A stretch of 64,000 bases of DNA from Escherichia coli (GCF_044324875.1 NZ_CP172185.1); one strand, 5' to 3'; counted from the stretch's first letter, positions 33,975 to 44,598 are shown. Numbers and translations: made by a program. Notes: generated from the sequence alone by a model not told the origin.

Positions 33975-35162
33975 ATGAACTTATCCCTACGACGCTCTAC
34001 CAGCGCCCTTCTTGCCTCGTCGTTGTTATTAACCATCGGACGCGGCGCTACGCTGCCGTTTATGACCATTTACTTGAGTCGCCAGTACAGCCTGAGTGTC
34101 GATCTAATCGGTTATGCGATGACAATTGCGCTCACTATTGGCGTCGTTTTTAGCCTCGGTTTTGGTATCCTGGCGGATAAGTTCGACAAGAAACGCTATA
34201 TGTTACTGGCAATTACCGCCTTCGCCTGCGGTTTTATTGCCATTCCTTTAGTGAATAACGTGACGCTGGTGGTGCTCTTTTTTGCCCTCATTAACTGCGC
34301 CTATTCCGTTTTTGCTACTGTGTTGAAAGCCTGGTTTGCCGACAATCTTTCGTCCACCAGCAAAACGAAAATCTTCTCAATCAACTACACCATGCTCAAC
34401 ATTGGCTGGACCATCGGTCCGCCGCTCGGCACGCTGTTGGTGATGCAGAGCATCAATCTGCCCTTTTGGCTGGCAGCTATCTGTTCCGCGTTTCCCATGC
34501 TTTTCATTCAAATTTGGGTAAAGCGCAGCGAGAAAATCATCGCCACGGAAACAGCCAGTGCCTGGTCGCCGAAAGTTTTATTACAAGATAAAGCACTGTT
34601 GTGGTTTACCTGCTCTGGCTTTCTGGCTTCTTTTGTTAGCGGCGCATTTGCTTCATGCATTTCACAATATGTGATGGTGATTGCTGATGGGGATTTTGCC
34701 GAAAAGGTGGTCGCGGTTGTTCTTCCAGTGAATGCTGCCATGGTAGTTACGTTGCAATATTCCGTGGGCCGGCGACTTAACCCGGCTAACATCCGCACGC
34801 TGATGACAGCAGGCACCCTCTGTTTCGTCATCGGTCTGGTCGGTTTTATTTTTTCCGGCAACAGCCTGCTATTGTGGGGTATGTCAGCTGCGGTATTTAC
34901 TGTCGGTGAAATCATTTATGCGCCGGGCGAGTATATGTTGATTGACCATATTGCGCCGCCAGGAATGAAAGCCAGCTATTTTTCCGCTCAGTCTTTAGGC
35001 TGGCTTGGTGCGGCGATTAACCCATTAGTGAGTGGCATAGTGCTAACCAACCTGCCGCCTTCCTCGCTGTTTATCATCTTAGCGTTGGTGATCATTGCTG
35101 CGTGGGTGCTGATGTTAAAAGGAATTCGTGCAAGACCGTGGGGGCAGCCCGCGCTTTGTTGA
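33975..35162 (+). CDS. ydeE: MFS transporter (dipeptide exporter family)
   Basis: 395 aa, 12-TM MFS. Confidence 0.9.
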   Translation: MNLSLRRSTSALLASSLLLTIGRGATLPFMTIYLSRQYSLSVDLIGYAMTIALTIGVVFSLGFGILADKFDKKRYMLLAITAFACGFIAIPLVNNVTLVVLFFALINCAYSVFATVLKAWFADNLSSTSKTKIFSINYTMLNIGWTIGPPLGTLLVMQSINLPFWLAAICSAFPMLFIQIWVKRSEKIIATETASAWSPKVLLQDKALLWFTCSGFLASFVSGAFASCISQYVMVIADGDFAEKVVAVVLPVNAAMVVTLQYSVGRRLNPANIRTLMTAGTLCFVIGLVGFIFSGNSLLLWGMSAAVFTVGEIIYAPGEYMLIDHIAPPGMKASYFSAQSLGWLGAAINPLVSGIVLTNLPPSSLFIILALVIIAAWVLMLKGIRARPWGQPALC

Positions 35163-35288
35163 TTTAAGTCGAACACAATAAAAATTTAATTCAGCCTTCG
35201 TTTAGGTTACCTCTGCTAATATCTTTCTCATTGAGATGAAAATTAAGGTAAGCGAGGAAACACACCACACCATAAACGGAGGCAAATA

Positions 35289-35384
35289 ATGCTGGGTAAT
35301 ATGAATGTTTTTATGGCCGTACTGGGAATAATTTTATTTTCTGGTTTTCTGGCCGCGTATTTCAGCCACAAATGGGATGACTAA
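35289..35384 (+). CDS. mgtS: 31-aa small membrane protein MgtS
   Basis: Not in ORF track (under 60 aa). ATG at 35289 encodes MLGNMNVFMAVLGIILFSGFLAAYFSHKWDD, matching the known small protein. Confidence 0.85.
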   Translation: MLGNMNVFMAVLGIILFSGFLAAYFSHKWDD

Positions 35385-35411
35385 TGAACGGAGATAATCC
35401 CTCACCTAACC

Positions 35412-35450
35412 GGCCCCTTGTTACAGTTGTGTACAAGGGGCCTGATTTTT
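35412..35450 (+). terminator. Rho-independent terminator after mgtS
   Basis: Stem GGCCCCTT...AAGGGGCC followed by a T-rich tract. Confidence 0.5.
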
Positions 35451-35451
35451 A

Positions 35452-35560
35452 TGACGGCAAAAAAAAACCGCCAGTAAACCGGCGGTGAATGCTTGCATGG
35501 ATAGATTTGTGTTTTGCTTTTACGCTAACAGGCATTTTCCTGCACTGATAACGGATCGTT
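35452..35560 (-). ncRNA. mgrR: Candidate small RNA (MgrR-like) in the mgtS–dgcZ intergenic region; boundaries approximate
   Basis: On the minus strand a GC hairpin (CCGCC...GGCGG) is followed by nine T's at about 35452..35486, i.e. a strong terminator about 120–150 nt downstream of the dgcZ stop. K-12 has the sRNA MgrR in this intergenic region; its sequence was not recalled, so strand and coordinates are inferred. Confidence 0.3.
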
Positions 35561-35602
35561 GACACAGTAGCATCAGTTTTCTCAATGAATGTTAAACGGA
35601 GC

Positions 35603-36493
35603 TTAAACTCGGTTAATCACATTTTGTTCGTCAATAAACATACAGCGATTTCTTCCGGTTTGCTTACCCTCATACATTGCCCGGTCCGCTCTTCCAATGA
35701 CCACATCCAGAGGTTCTTCAGGAAATGCGCGACTCACACCTGCAGTCACGGTAATGTTGATATGCCCTTCAGAATGTGTGATGGCATGGTTATCGACTAA
35801 CTGGCAAATTCTGATACCTGCACGACATGCTTCTTCATCATTAGCCGCTTTGACAATAATGATAAATTCTTCGCCACCGTAGCGATAAACCGTTTCGTAA
35901 TCGCGCGTCCAACTGGCTAAGTAAGTTGCCAGGGTGCGTAATACTACATCGCCGATTAAATGCCCGTAGGTATCATTAACCAATTTAAATCGGTCAATAT
36001 CCAACAACATTAAATAAAGATTCAGAGGCTCAGCGTTGCGTAACTGATGATCAAAGGATTCATCAAGAACCCGACGACCCGGCAATCCCGTCAAAACATC
36101 CATATTGCTACGGATCGTCAGCAAATAAATTTTGTAATCGGTTAATGCCGCAGTAAAAGAAAGCAACCCTTCCTGAAAGGCGTCGAAATGCGCGTCCTGC
36201 CAGTGATTTTCAACAATAGCCAACATTAATTCCCGACCACAGTTATGCATATGTTGATGGGCAGAATCCATTAGCCGAACGTAAGGTAATTCATCGTTAT
36301 CGAGTGGTCCCAGATGATCAATCCACCGACCAAACTGGCACAGTCCATAAGAATGGTTATCCGTTATTTCTGGCTTACTGGCATCTCTCGCGACCACGCT
36401 GTGAAACATACTCACCAGCCACTGGTAGTGGGCATCGATAGCCTTATTGAGATTTAACAAGATGGCATCAATTTCCGTTGTCTTCTTGATCAT
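35603..36493 (-). CDS. dgcZ: Zinc-sensing diguanylate cyclase
   Basis: Start trimmed to MIKKTTEIDAILLNLNKAIDAHYQWLV giving 296 aa; GGDEF domain with RYGGEEF. Confidence 0.9.
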   Translation of the reverse strand: MIKKTTEIDAILLNLNKAIDAHYQWLVSMFHSVVARDASKPEITDNHSYGLCQFGRWIDHLGPLDNDELPYVRLMDSAHQHMHNCGRELMLAIVENHWQDAHFDAFQEGLLSFTAALTDYKIYLLTIRSNMDVLTGLPGRRVLDESFDHQLRNAEPLNLYLMLLDIDRFKLVNDTYGHLIGDVVLRTLATYLASWTRDYETVYRYGGEEFIIIVKAANDEEACRAGIRICQLVDNHAITHSEGHINITVTAGVSRAFPEEPLDVVIGRADRAMYEGKQTGRNRCMFIDEQNVINRV

Positions 36494-36747
36494 TGCCACT
36501 CCTTTTTCACAGTTCCTTGTGCGCGCTATTCTAACGAGAGAAAAGCAAAATTACGTCAATATTTTCATAGAAATCCGAAGTTATGAGTCATCTCTGAGAT
36601 AACATTGTGATTTGAAACAAAATCAGCAGATAAAAAAGTGTTTAATTCTGTAAATTAAGCCTGCATTATCGCAATTAAAAGGATGACAAATAGCATAAAC
36701 CAATACCCTAATGGCCCAGTAGTTCAGGCCATCAGGCTCATTTATTT

Positions 36748-37140
36748 TTATTTCTGCAAATGAGTGACCCGAACGACGGCCGGCGCGCTTTTCTTATCCA
36801 GACTGCCGCTAATGTTGATCATCTGGTCCGGCTGAACTTCTCGTCCATCAAAGACTGCCGCAGGAATAACAACATTAATTTCACCGCTCTTATCGCGAAA
36901 AACGTAACGGTTCTCTCCTTTGTGAGAAATCAAATTACCGCGTAGTGAAACCGAAGCGCCATCATGCATGGTTTTTGCGAAATCTACGGTCATTTTTTTT
37001 GCATCATCGGTTCCGCGATAGCCATCTTCTATTGCATGAGGCGGCGGTGGCGCTGCATCCTGTTTTAAACCGCCCTGGTCATCTGCCAACGCATAAGGCA
37101 TGACAAGAAAACTTGCTAATACAATGGCCTGAAATTTCAT
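36748..37140 (-). CDS. ydeI: Periplasmic OB-fold (YgiW/BOF family) stress protein
   Basis: 130 aa with signal peptide [19 protein letters not shown]. Confidence 0.9.
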   Translation of the reverse strand: MKFQAIVLASFLVMPYALADDQGGLKQDAAPPPPHAIEDGYRGTDDAKKMTVDFAKTMHDGASVSLRGNLISHKGENRYVFRDKSGEINVVIPAAVFDGREVQPDQMINISGSLDKKSAPAVVRVTHLQK

Positions 37141-37385
37141 ACTGACTCCTTAATTGCGTTTGGTTTGACTTATTAAGTCTGGTTGCTATTTTTATAATTG
37201 ACAAATAAGAATACTGCCAATTGTTATAAGGCATTTAAAATCAGGCAACTAGCTGTCAAATATTAAGAGAATTTAACTCACTAAAGTAAGAAGAAGATTA
37301 AAGAGTCTTAAACATATTTCAGAACAATCAGATTTATAAATTTGAAAATTATTATAACGGAAGGGTATACAAAAAAAGTAATTTT

Positions 37386-37460
37386 GCTGGCGACTGCGAA
37401 ACGGCATTCGCATTAGCGGTGAAGTTTGCCCCCACCCAGCTGCTGCAATTACTGCTCTAA
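37386..37460 (+). pseudogene. ydeJ: Possible 3'-terminal remnant of ydeJ (CinA-like) after an AT-rich replacement
   Basis: No ORF of 60 aa or more between ydeI and dcp. GC-rich ~75 bp ending in TAA (...AGDCETAFALAVKFAPTQLLQLLL*) follows ~240 bp of very AT-rich sequence with an abrupt composition shift near 37385. ydeJ identity is by position only. Confidence 0.3.
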
Positions 37461-37504
37461 CCAGGCTGGCCTGGCGATATCTCCAGGCCAGCCATTGGTG
37501 GTGT

Positions 37505-39550
37505 TTATATGTTCAAGCCACGATGTTGCAGCATCGGCATAATCTGAGGTGCCTTACCGCGCCATTGTCGATACAGGCGTTCCAGATCTTCGCTGTTACC
37601 TCTGGAAAGAATCGCCTCGCGAAAACGCCGCCCATTTTCACGCGTTAATCCGCCCTGCTCAACAAACCACTGGTAACCATCATCGGCCAACATTTGCGTC
37701 CACAGATAAGCGTAATAACCTGCGGCATATCCGCCACCAAAAATATGGGCGAAATAACTGCTGCGATAGCGTGGCGGTATAGCGGGAAGATCCATATTTT
37801 CTGCCACCAGCGCCCGCAATTCGAAATCATCGACATCCTGCATTGCTTCGTTTTCTTCCAGGCAATGCCAGCGCATATCGAGAAGTGCGGCGCTAAGCAG
37901 TTCGCTCATCTCATACCCTTTATTGAACAGGCTGGCATTACGCATTTTCTGTTGCAGTTCGTCAGGCATTGCTGCCCCGCTCTGATAATGCCGGGCGTAG
38001 CGAGCGAATACCTGCGGATGCGTTGCCCAGTGTTCGTTGATTTGCGACGGAAATTCGACAAAATCACGCGGCGTGTTGGTGCCGGAAAGTGTGGCATAAC
38101 GCTGGCGGGCAAAGAGGCCGTGCAACGTATGACCAAATTCATGGAATAAGGTTATGACATCATCCCAGAGTAACAACGCAGGCTCACCGGCAGCGGGTTT
38201 CTGATAATTGCAGACGTTATAAATTACCGGATGCGTTTCATTAAGCGTTGATTGCTCAACAAAATTGCCCATCCATGCACCGCCGCTTTTTGAATCACGG
38301 GCGAAGAAATCACCGTAAAATAACGCCAGCCCCACGCCATTATGATCAAAAATTTCCCATACACGAACGTCAGGATGGTAGACAGGAATATCAAAACGTT
38401 CGACAAACTTAATACCGAAGAGCTGATTCGCGGTCCAGAATACACCTTCATTCAACACCGTGTTTAATTCAAAATATGGCTTGAGCTGCGATTCATCGAG
38501 ATCGAATTTCTCACGTCTTACCTGCTCGGCATAAAATGCCCAGTCCCACGGCTGCGCGCTAAACCCGCCCTGCTGCTTATCGATAACCGCCTGTATGGAG
38601 GCTAATTCATCGCTCGCACGTTGACGCGCCGCTGGAACAATTTCCCGCATAAAGTTGAGTGCTGCTTCTGGCGTTTTTGCCATCTGATCGGCGATTTTCC
38701 ATGCGGCATAATGAGGGAAACCAAGCAGTTTCGCCTGCTGCGCGCGGATCTCCACCAGACGTTGAATGATAGCGCGGGTATCATTGGCATCATTTTTTTC
38801 CGCTCGCGTCCAGCCCGCAGTGAACAGTTTTTCACGCGTCGCGCGATCGCGCAGTTCAGCAAGCGCTGGTTGCTGGGTGGTATTCAGCAACGGAATCAGC
38901 CATTTGTTATCCAGACCTTTCTCGCGAGCCGCCTCTGCCGCCAGCGCAATCTCTTGCTCACTCATTCCTGCCAGCTGCGCGAAATCGTTCACAACCAGAC
39001 CGCCGGATTTATTTGCTGCCAGTAACCGCTGGTTAAACTGGCTGGTCAGGGTCGCAGCTTCTGTATTCAGGACTTTTAATTTTGCTTTATCAGCTTGTGC
39101 AAGTTTGGCTCCGGCAAGGACAAAACGTTGATGAATGACCTCCACCAGGCGGATGGATTCACTATCAAGTCCCAGGGATTCACGGCGTTGCCAGACAGCA
39201 TCTACCCGCGCGAATAATTCACCGTTCAGATAGATATCATTAGCCAGTTCCGCCAGTTCAGCGGAAAACTGTTCATCAAGACGCTGTAATTCATCATTAG
39301 TATGCGCCGCAGTCATCGCAAAAAAGACGCTGGTAACGCGGGTAAGTAATTCTCCGCTTTGTTCCAGTGCCAGAATAGTATTGTTGAAATCAGGTGTTTG
39401 CGGGTTAAGCGCGATGGCAGCAATTTCTGCCCGCTTTTGCTGCATTCCCTCATCGAATGCCGGGCGATAGTGATGATTGGCAATTTGATCAAAATGGGGA
39501 GCCAGATACGGCAGTGTGCTTTGCACAAGGAAAGGATTCATTGTTGTCAT
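37505..39550 (-). CDS. dcp: Dipeptidyl carboxypeptidase II (M3 zinc metallopeptidase)
   Basis: Start trimmed to MTTMNPFLVQ giving 681 aa; HEXXH motif HEFGH. Confidence 0.95.
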   Translation of the reverse strand: MTTMNPFLVQSTLPYLAPHFDQIANHHYRPAFDEGMQQKRAEIAAIALNPQTPDFNNTILALEQSGELLTRVTSVFFAMTAAHTNDELQRLDEQFSAELAELANDIYLNGELFARVDAVWQRRESLGLDSESIRLVEVIHQRFVLAGAKLAQADKAKLKVLNTEAATLTSQFNQRLLAANKSGGLVVNDFAQLAGMSEQEIALAAEAAREKGLDNKWLIPLLNTTQQPALAELRDRATREKLFTAGWTRAEKNDANDTRAIIQRLVEIRAQQAKLLGFPHYAAWKIADQMAKTPEAALNFMREIVPAARQRASDELASIQAVIDKQQGGFSAQPWDWAFYAEQVRREKFDLDESQLKPYFELNTVLNEGVFWTANQLFGIKFVERFDIPVYHPDVRVWEIFDHNGVGLALFYGDFFARDSKSGGAWMGNFVEQSTLNETHPVIYNVCNYQKPAAGEPALLLWDDVITLFHEFGHTLHGLFARQRYATLSGTNTPRDFVEFPSQINEHWATHPQVFARYARHYQSGAAMPDELQQKMRNASLFNKGYEMSELLSAALLDMRWHCLEENEAMQDVDDFELRALVAENMDLPAIPPRYRSSYFAHIFGGGYAAGYYAYLWTQMLADDGYQWFVEQGGLTRENGRRFREAILSRGNSEDLERLYRQWRGKAPQIMPMLQHRGLNI

Positions 39551-39686
39551 TTTCTTCTCCTGAACGCGAGGTGTTCCATAGCGTAGGCTTACTGATAACG
39601 GAGTGCAATCTTGCAAACCAGTATTACCCGCTCTTAAGCATCACGTGCTATGTTATTGACACACAAAAGCGTTGAGGAACAGTGAG

Positions 39687-40433
39687 ATGATCGTTTTAGT
39701 AACTGGAGCAACGGCAGGTTTTGGTGAATGCATTACTCGTCGTTTTATTCAACAAGGGCATAAAGTTATCGCCACTGGCCGTCGCCAGGAGCGGTTGCAG
39801 GAGTTAAAAGACGAACTGGGAGATAATCTTTATATCGCCCAACTGGACGTTCGCAACCGCGCCGCTATTGAAGAGATGCTGGCATCGCTTCCTGCCGAGT
39901 GGAGCAATATTGATATCCTGGTAAATAATGCCGGCCTGGCGTTGGGCATGGAGCCTGCGCATAAAGCCAGCGTTGAAGACTGGGAAACGATGATTGATAC
40001 CAACAATAAAGGCCTGGTATATATGACGCGCGCCGTCTTACCGGGTATGGTTGAACGTAATCATGGTCATATTATTAACATTGGCTCAACGGCAGGTAGC
40101 TGGCCGTATGCCGGTGGTAACGTTTACGGTGCGACGAAAGCGTTTGTTCGTCAGTTTAGCCTGAATCTGCGTACGGACCTGCATGGTACGGCGGTGCGCG
40201 TCACCGACATCGAACCGGGTCTGGTGGGTGGCACCGAGTTTTCCAATGTCCGCTTTAAAGGCGATGACGGTAAAGCGGAAAAAACCTATCAAAATACCGT
40301 TGCATTGACGCCAGAAGATGTCAGCGAAGCCGTCTGGTGGGTATCAACGCTGCCTGCTCACGTTAATATCAATACCCTGGAAATGATGCCGGTTACCCAA
40401 AGCTATGCCGGACTGAATGTCCACCGTCAGTAA
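39687..40433 (+). CDS. ydfG: NADP-dependent 3-hydroxy acid dehydrogenase (SDR family)
   Basis: Start trimmed to MIVLVTGATAGFGE giving 248 aa; SDR glycine-rich motif. Confidence 0.9.
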   Translation: MIVLVTGATAGFGECITRRFIQQGHKVIATGRRQERLQELKDELGDNLYIAQLDVRNRAAIEEMLASLPAEWSNIDILVNNAGLALGMEPAHKASVEDWETMIDTNNKGLVYMTRAVLPGMVERNHGHIINIGSTAGSWPYAGGNVYGATKAFVRQFSLNLRTDLHGTAVRVTDIEPGLVGGTEFSNVRFKGDDGKAEKTYQNTVALTPEDVSEAVWWVSTLPAHVNINTLEMMPVTQSYAGLNVHRQ

Positions 40434-40521
40434 TTTTTATACCCGGCGTAACTGCCGGGTTATTGCTTGTCACAAAAAAGTGGTAGACTCATGCAGTTAA
40501 CTCACTCACAAGCAAGAACGA

Positions 40522-41208
40522 ATGACCGTCGAAACGCAACTTAATCCCACACAGCCTGTCAATCAGCAGATTTATCGTATTCTTCGTCGCGACATTGTCC
40601 ATTGCCTGATTGCACCAGGCACACCGTTGTCGGAAAAAGAAGTTTCTGTTCGTTTCAATGTGTCACGCCAGCCGGTTCGTGAAGCCTTTATTAAACTGGC
40701 GGAAAACGGCCTGATTCAAATTCGTCCGCAGCGTGGCAGCTACGTCAACAAAATTTCCATGGCCCAGGTGCGCAACGGCAGTTTTATCCGTCAGGCCATT
40801 GAGTGCGCGGTGGCGCGTCGGGCGGCGAGCATGATTACCGAAAGCCAGTGCTACCAACTGGAACAAAATCTTCACCAGCAACGCATTGCCATTGAGCGCA
40901 AGCAACTGGATGATTTTTTTGAACTTGATGACAACTTCCATCAACTCCTGACGCAGATTGCCGACTGTCAACTGGCGTGGGATACCATTGAGAACCTGAA
41001 AGCGACCGTTGATCGCGTGCGCTATATGAGTTTCGACCACGTTTCTCCACCAGAAATGCTGTTACGCCAGCATCTTGAGATTTTCTCTGCCCTGCAAAAA
41101 CGTGATGGCGATGCGGTAGAACGTGCAATGACGCAACATTTGCAGGAAATCAGCGAATCCGTGCGCCAGATCCGCCAGGAAAACAGCGACTGGTTTAGCG
41201 AAGAGTAA
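40522..41208 (+). CDS. ydfH: GntR/FadR-family transcriptional regulator
   Basis: 228 aa with N-terminal GntR HTH and FCD domain. Confidence 0.9.
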   Translation: MTVETQLNPTQPVNQQIYRILRRDIVHCLIAPGTPLSEKEVSVRFNVSRQPVREAFIKLAENGLIQIRPQRGSYVNKISMAQVRNGSFIRQAIECAVARRAASMITESQCYQLEQNLHQQRIAIERKQLDDFFELDDNFHQLLTQIADCQLAWDTIENLKATVDRVRYMSFDHVSPPEMLLRQHLEIFSALQKRDGDAVERAMTQHLQEISESVRQIRQENSDWFSEE

Positions 41209-41384
41209 TTCATTTCCTCTCATCCCATTCGGGGTGAGAGTCTCTCCCCCCGCCTTATGGCTCATGCATGCATCAAAAAAGATGTGAGCTTGATCAAAAA
41301 CAAAAAATATTTCACTCGACAGGAGTATTTATATTGCGCCCGTTACGTGGGCTTCGACTGTAAATCAGAAAGGAGAAAACACCT

Positions 41385-41588
41385 ATGACGACCTACGATC
41401 GTAACCGTAACGCAATCACCACTGGCAGCCGTGTTATGGTTAGCGGCACCGGTCACACTGGCAAGATCCTGTCGATTGATACTGAAGGTCTGACCGCTGA
41501 GCAAATCCGCCGCGGAAAAACCGTAGTTGTTGAAGGTTGTGAAGAGAAACTGGCACCTCTGGACCTGATTCGTCTCGGCATGAACTAA
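41385..41588 (+). CDS. ydfZ: Small selenium-binding protein YdfZ
   Basis: 67 aa [67 protein letters not shown]. Confidence 0.9.
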
Positions 41589-41594
41589 GCGTGT

Positions 41595-41625
41595 GAATGC
41601 CGCCGATGGCGGCATTGCTTTTTTT
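41595..41625. terminator. Terminator between convergent ydfZ and ydfI
   Basis: Hairpin AATGCCGCC-GATG-GCGGCATT followed by TTTTTTT on the + strand. Confidence 0.55.
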
Positions 41626-43084
41626 ACTTCACGGAATATTTCGCAACGGTCGCTTTCGCACCATGCGCTAATAAAGACAAGTACGCTTCCGTCACTTTTG
41701 CAGTAAACAAGCTATTGTCTGGCAAATCATCACCAAAGATCGCCTTAATCGCCAGCAATGACTGGACGCGCGCTTTCCCTTCGGCACTACTTTGTACAGC
41801 CTTCTGAATAACAGGTAACAGTGGGTCACTGCTTTCTATCGGATTTCCCTGTTCATCAACACCACCGACATAACGCATCCAACCTGCGACGCCCAGCGCC
41901 AGCAGATCGAACTTGCTGTCATGCGCCAGATGCCAGCGAACAGAATCCAACATCCGCTGTGGCAATTTCTGGCTGCCATCCATCGCAATCTGCCAGGTTC
42001 GATGACGTAGCGCCGGGTTGCTATAGCGTTCAATTAATCGGTTAGCGTAATCTTGCAAATCAACGCCCTGCACTTTCAACGTCGGCGCTTGTTCCTGCAA
42101 CATCAAGGCATACGCTGCATGACGATAATGTTCATCTTCCATGCAGTCATTAATGTGCTGATATCCGGCAAGATACCCCAGATACGCCAGGAATGAATGA
42201 CTGCCGTTGAGCATGCGCAACTTCATCTCTTCATAAGGCAGCACATCACTAACCAGTTCGGCTCCCGCTTTTTCCCATTCCGGACGTCCGGCAACAAAGT
42301 TATCTTCTATTACCCACTGGCGGAAAGGTTCACAGGCAACGCCAGCAGGATCGCGCACACCGGTAAGTTGTTCGATTTTCGCCAGCGTATCCTCTGTCAC
42401 TGCGGGCACAATACGGTCCACCATTGTTGATGGGAAAGTCACGTTTACTTCGATCCATTGTGCCAGTTTTACATCAACAGCTTGCGCGTAGGAAGTGACA
42501 ACGTCACGCATAACATGACCGTTTTCTGGCATGTTGTCACATGACATGACGGTAAATGCGGGAAGTCCTGCCGCTTTACGGCGAGCCAGCGCCTCAACAA
42601 TCACCCCTGTTGCAGTTTTCGGCTGGTGGGGATTTTGCACGTCGGCAGCGACCATCGGGTGATCGAGCATTAACTGTCCGGTCGCCGGAGAGTGGAAATA
42701 CCCTTTTTCGGTGATTGTCAGAGAGACAATCGCGATTTGCGGTTCACACATCGCAGCCAACACGGTTTCTAAGCCATCTATCTGTACGTGCAAGGCTTTT
42801 TTAACGACGCCAACGACGCGAGCCGTCCACGCATCGGCCGACATTTCCGCAACGGTATAAAGATTATCTTGCTGTTGTAAATCGGCAATTTGCTGTTCGC
42901 CGCCGATTAAATTGACCTCATAATATCCCCAATCACTGAAATGTTTTGTAGCAAGAATATCGGCATACACGCCCTGATGCGCACGGTGAAATGCGCCAAA
43001 GCCTAAATGAACAATTCTTGGGGCCAAGTTATTACGATCATAAACAGGGAGCGTCGCTTTTGCTGATAACAAATTATTTCCCAT
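41624..43084 (-). CDS. ydfI: Mannitol dehydrogenase-family oxidoreductase
   Basis: 486 aa, long-chain mannitol dehydrogenase family. Confidence 0.9.
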   Translation of the reverse strand: MGNNLLSAKATLPVYDRNNLAPRIVHLGFGAFHRAHQGVYADILATKHFSDWGYYEVNLIGGEQQIADLQQQDNLYTVAEMSADAWTARVVGVVKKALHVQIDGLETVLAAMCEPQIAIVSLTITEKGYFHSPATGQLMLDHPMVAADVQNPHQPKTATGVIVEALARRKAAGLPAFTVMSCDNMPENGHVMRDVVTSYAQAVDVKLAQWIEVNVTFPSTMVDRIVPAVTEDTLAKIEQLTGVRDPAGVACEPFRQWVIEDNFVAGRPEWEKAGAELVSDVLPYEEMKLRMLNGSHSFLAYLGYLAGYQHINDCMEDEHYRHAAYALMLQEQAPTLKVQGVDLQDYANRLIERYSNPALRHRTWQIAMDGSQKLPQRMLDSVRWHLAHDSKFDLLALGVAGWMRYVGGVDEQGNPIESSDPLLPVIQKAVQSSAEGKARVQSLLAIKAIFGDDLPDNSLFTAKVTEAYLSLLAHGAKATVAKYSVK

Positions 43085-43173
43085 AACAATTCCTTAAATT
43101 TAAATATGGCAAGCTGCATGTTTTGTTATATGAATAAAAAATCCCCTCTCCGGTAAGAGAAGGGATGGAGGAT

Positions 43174-44541
43174 TTACAGACTTCTTGAAGGTTGCGCAGC
43201 TGTTACAACACGCGGTTGATCTTCCGCGGCATCTTCCAGTGCACTTAAATCACGGTCTCTCACTTCTGGCATTTTCAGCGCAGAGATTAAACCAATCACT
43301 GAATATGCCATGATCATAATGGCGATCGGATACCAGGATTCCGTCATGGTGCAGAAAATACCCGCCAGGATAGGACCAAAACCGGAAGCGATAAGACCAC
43401 CAATTTCTTTAGAAATCGCCATCCGGGTAAAGCGGTTTTTACAGCCGAACATTTCTGCCATGGTAATGTTTTCCAGAGCAAATAATCCCAGCACCGCACA
43501 GTTATGAATCACAATCAGTGCAACCATAATGGTGCTCGGGGCATAGCTTTTATCTACGATGATAGAAAGCATTGGCCACGCCAGCACAATCGCAGAGGTA
43601 TTCATAATAATATACGGGATCCGGCGACCTATTTTATCGGATAACCAACCAAGGAACGGAATGGTCATAAAGCCGAGAATCGAACTGATCATCAATGCAT
43701 CTGTTGGAATTGCTTTGTTAAACAATAACGTCTGCACTAAATAGCCTGCAAGGAAAGTCTGAATTAAACCGGAGTTACCAGCCTGACCAAAACGCAGCCC
43801 TGTTGCCAGCCAGAAGGATTTGCTCTGGAACATGCTACCAGCAGGTGCAGGTTTTGCTGTCGGTTGGTTGCTGTCGTTAACCTTCTCAAAGACCGGGCTT
43901 TCTTTCAGATTCATACGCAACCAGATAGCAAAGACCATCACGACAACGCTCGCCAGGAACGGTATACGCCATCCCCACGCAAGCAGTTCCTCTTTACTGA
44001 GAATGAAGAACATAAAGGCCCAGATTGCCGTTGCGCTCAAGGTTCCGCAGTTAGTCCCCATAGCAACAAATGAGGAGATAATTCCGCGCTTACCTTTTGG
44101 TGCATATTCCGCCAGCATCGTGCCGGCACCGGAAATTTCCGCGCCTGCCCCCAGCCCCTGAATAATACGCAGCGTCACCAGCAAAATTGGCGCAAACACA
44201 CCAATTTGTGCATAGGTCGGCAGCACACCAATTAAGGTAGTACAGATCCCCATCATAGTGATGGTAATAAAGAGCACTTTTTTACGCCCGATTCTGTCGC
44301 CCATTTTGCCGAAAATAAATGCTCCGACAATACGCGCCACATAACCTGCACCGTAGGTTCCCATTGCCAGAATTAACGCCATTGCCGTTGATGATTCAGG
44401 AAAAAATATTTCATGAAACACTAACGCTGCGCCGAGCGAATATAACTGGAAATCCATAAATTCAAGCGCAGTGCCCAGCCATCCCGATACTGCTGCTTTC
44501 ACCAAATCCTTAGTGCTTCTTTCGTGTTTTTCTATTGTCAT
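43174..44541 (-). CDS. ydfJ: MFS metabolite:H+ symporter, intact
   Basis: 455-aa uninterrupted 12-TM MFS ORF (MTIEKHERSTKDLVKAAVSGWLGTALEFMDF...). Confidence 0.85.
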   Translation of the reverse strand: MTIEKHERSTKDLVKAAVSGWLGTALEFMDFQLYSLGAALVFHEIFFPESSTAMALILAMGTYGAGYVARIVGAFIFGKMGDRIGRKKVLFITITMMGICTTLIGVLPTYAQIGVFAPILLVTLRIIQGLGAGAEISGAGTMLAEYAPKGKRGIISSFVAMGTNCGTLSATAIWAFMFFILSKEELLAWGWRIPFLASVVVMVFAIWLRMNLKESPVFEKVNDSNQPTAKPAPAGSMFQSKSFWLATGLRFGQAGNSGLIQTFLAGYLVQTLLFNKAIPTDALMISSILGFMTIPFLGWLSDKIGRRIPYIIMNTSAIVLAWPMLSIIVDKSYAPSTIMVALIVIHNCAVLGLFALENITMAEMFGCKNRFTRMAISKEIGGLIASGFGPILAGIFCTMTESWYPIAIMIMAYSVIGLISALKMPEVRDRDLSALEDAAEDQPRVVTAAQPSRSL

Positions 44542-44598
44542 AATGGTTATCTCTAAAAAAGAGGTAAGATGCGTACTACTTACTCGCCGTTATTGGTA

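Noticed and set aside
37141-37385. AT-rich block between ydeI and dcp as a protein-coding gene
   Set aside because: Every frame has frequent stops; the longest reading frame (37302..37457) has no start codon and AT-driven, low-complexity content. Kept only as a possible deletion scar or regulatory element.
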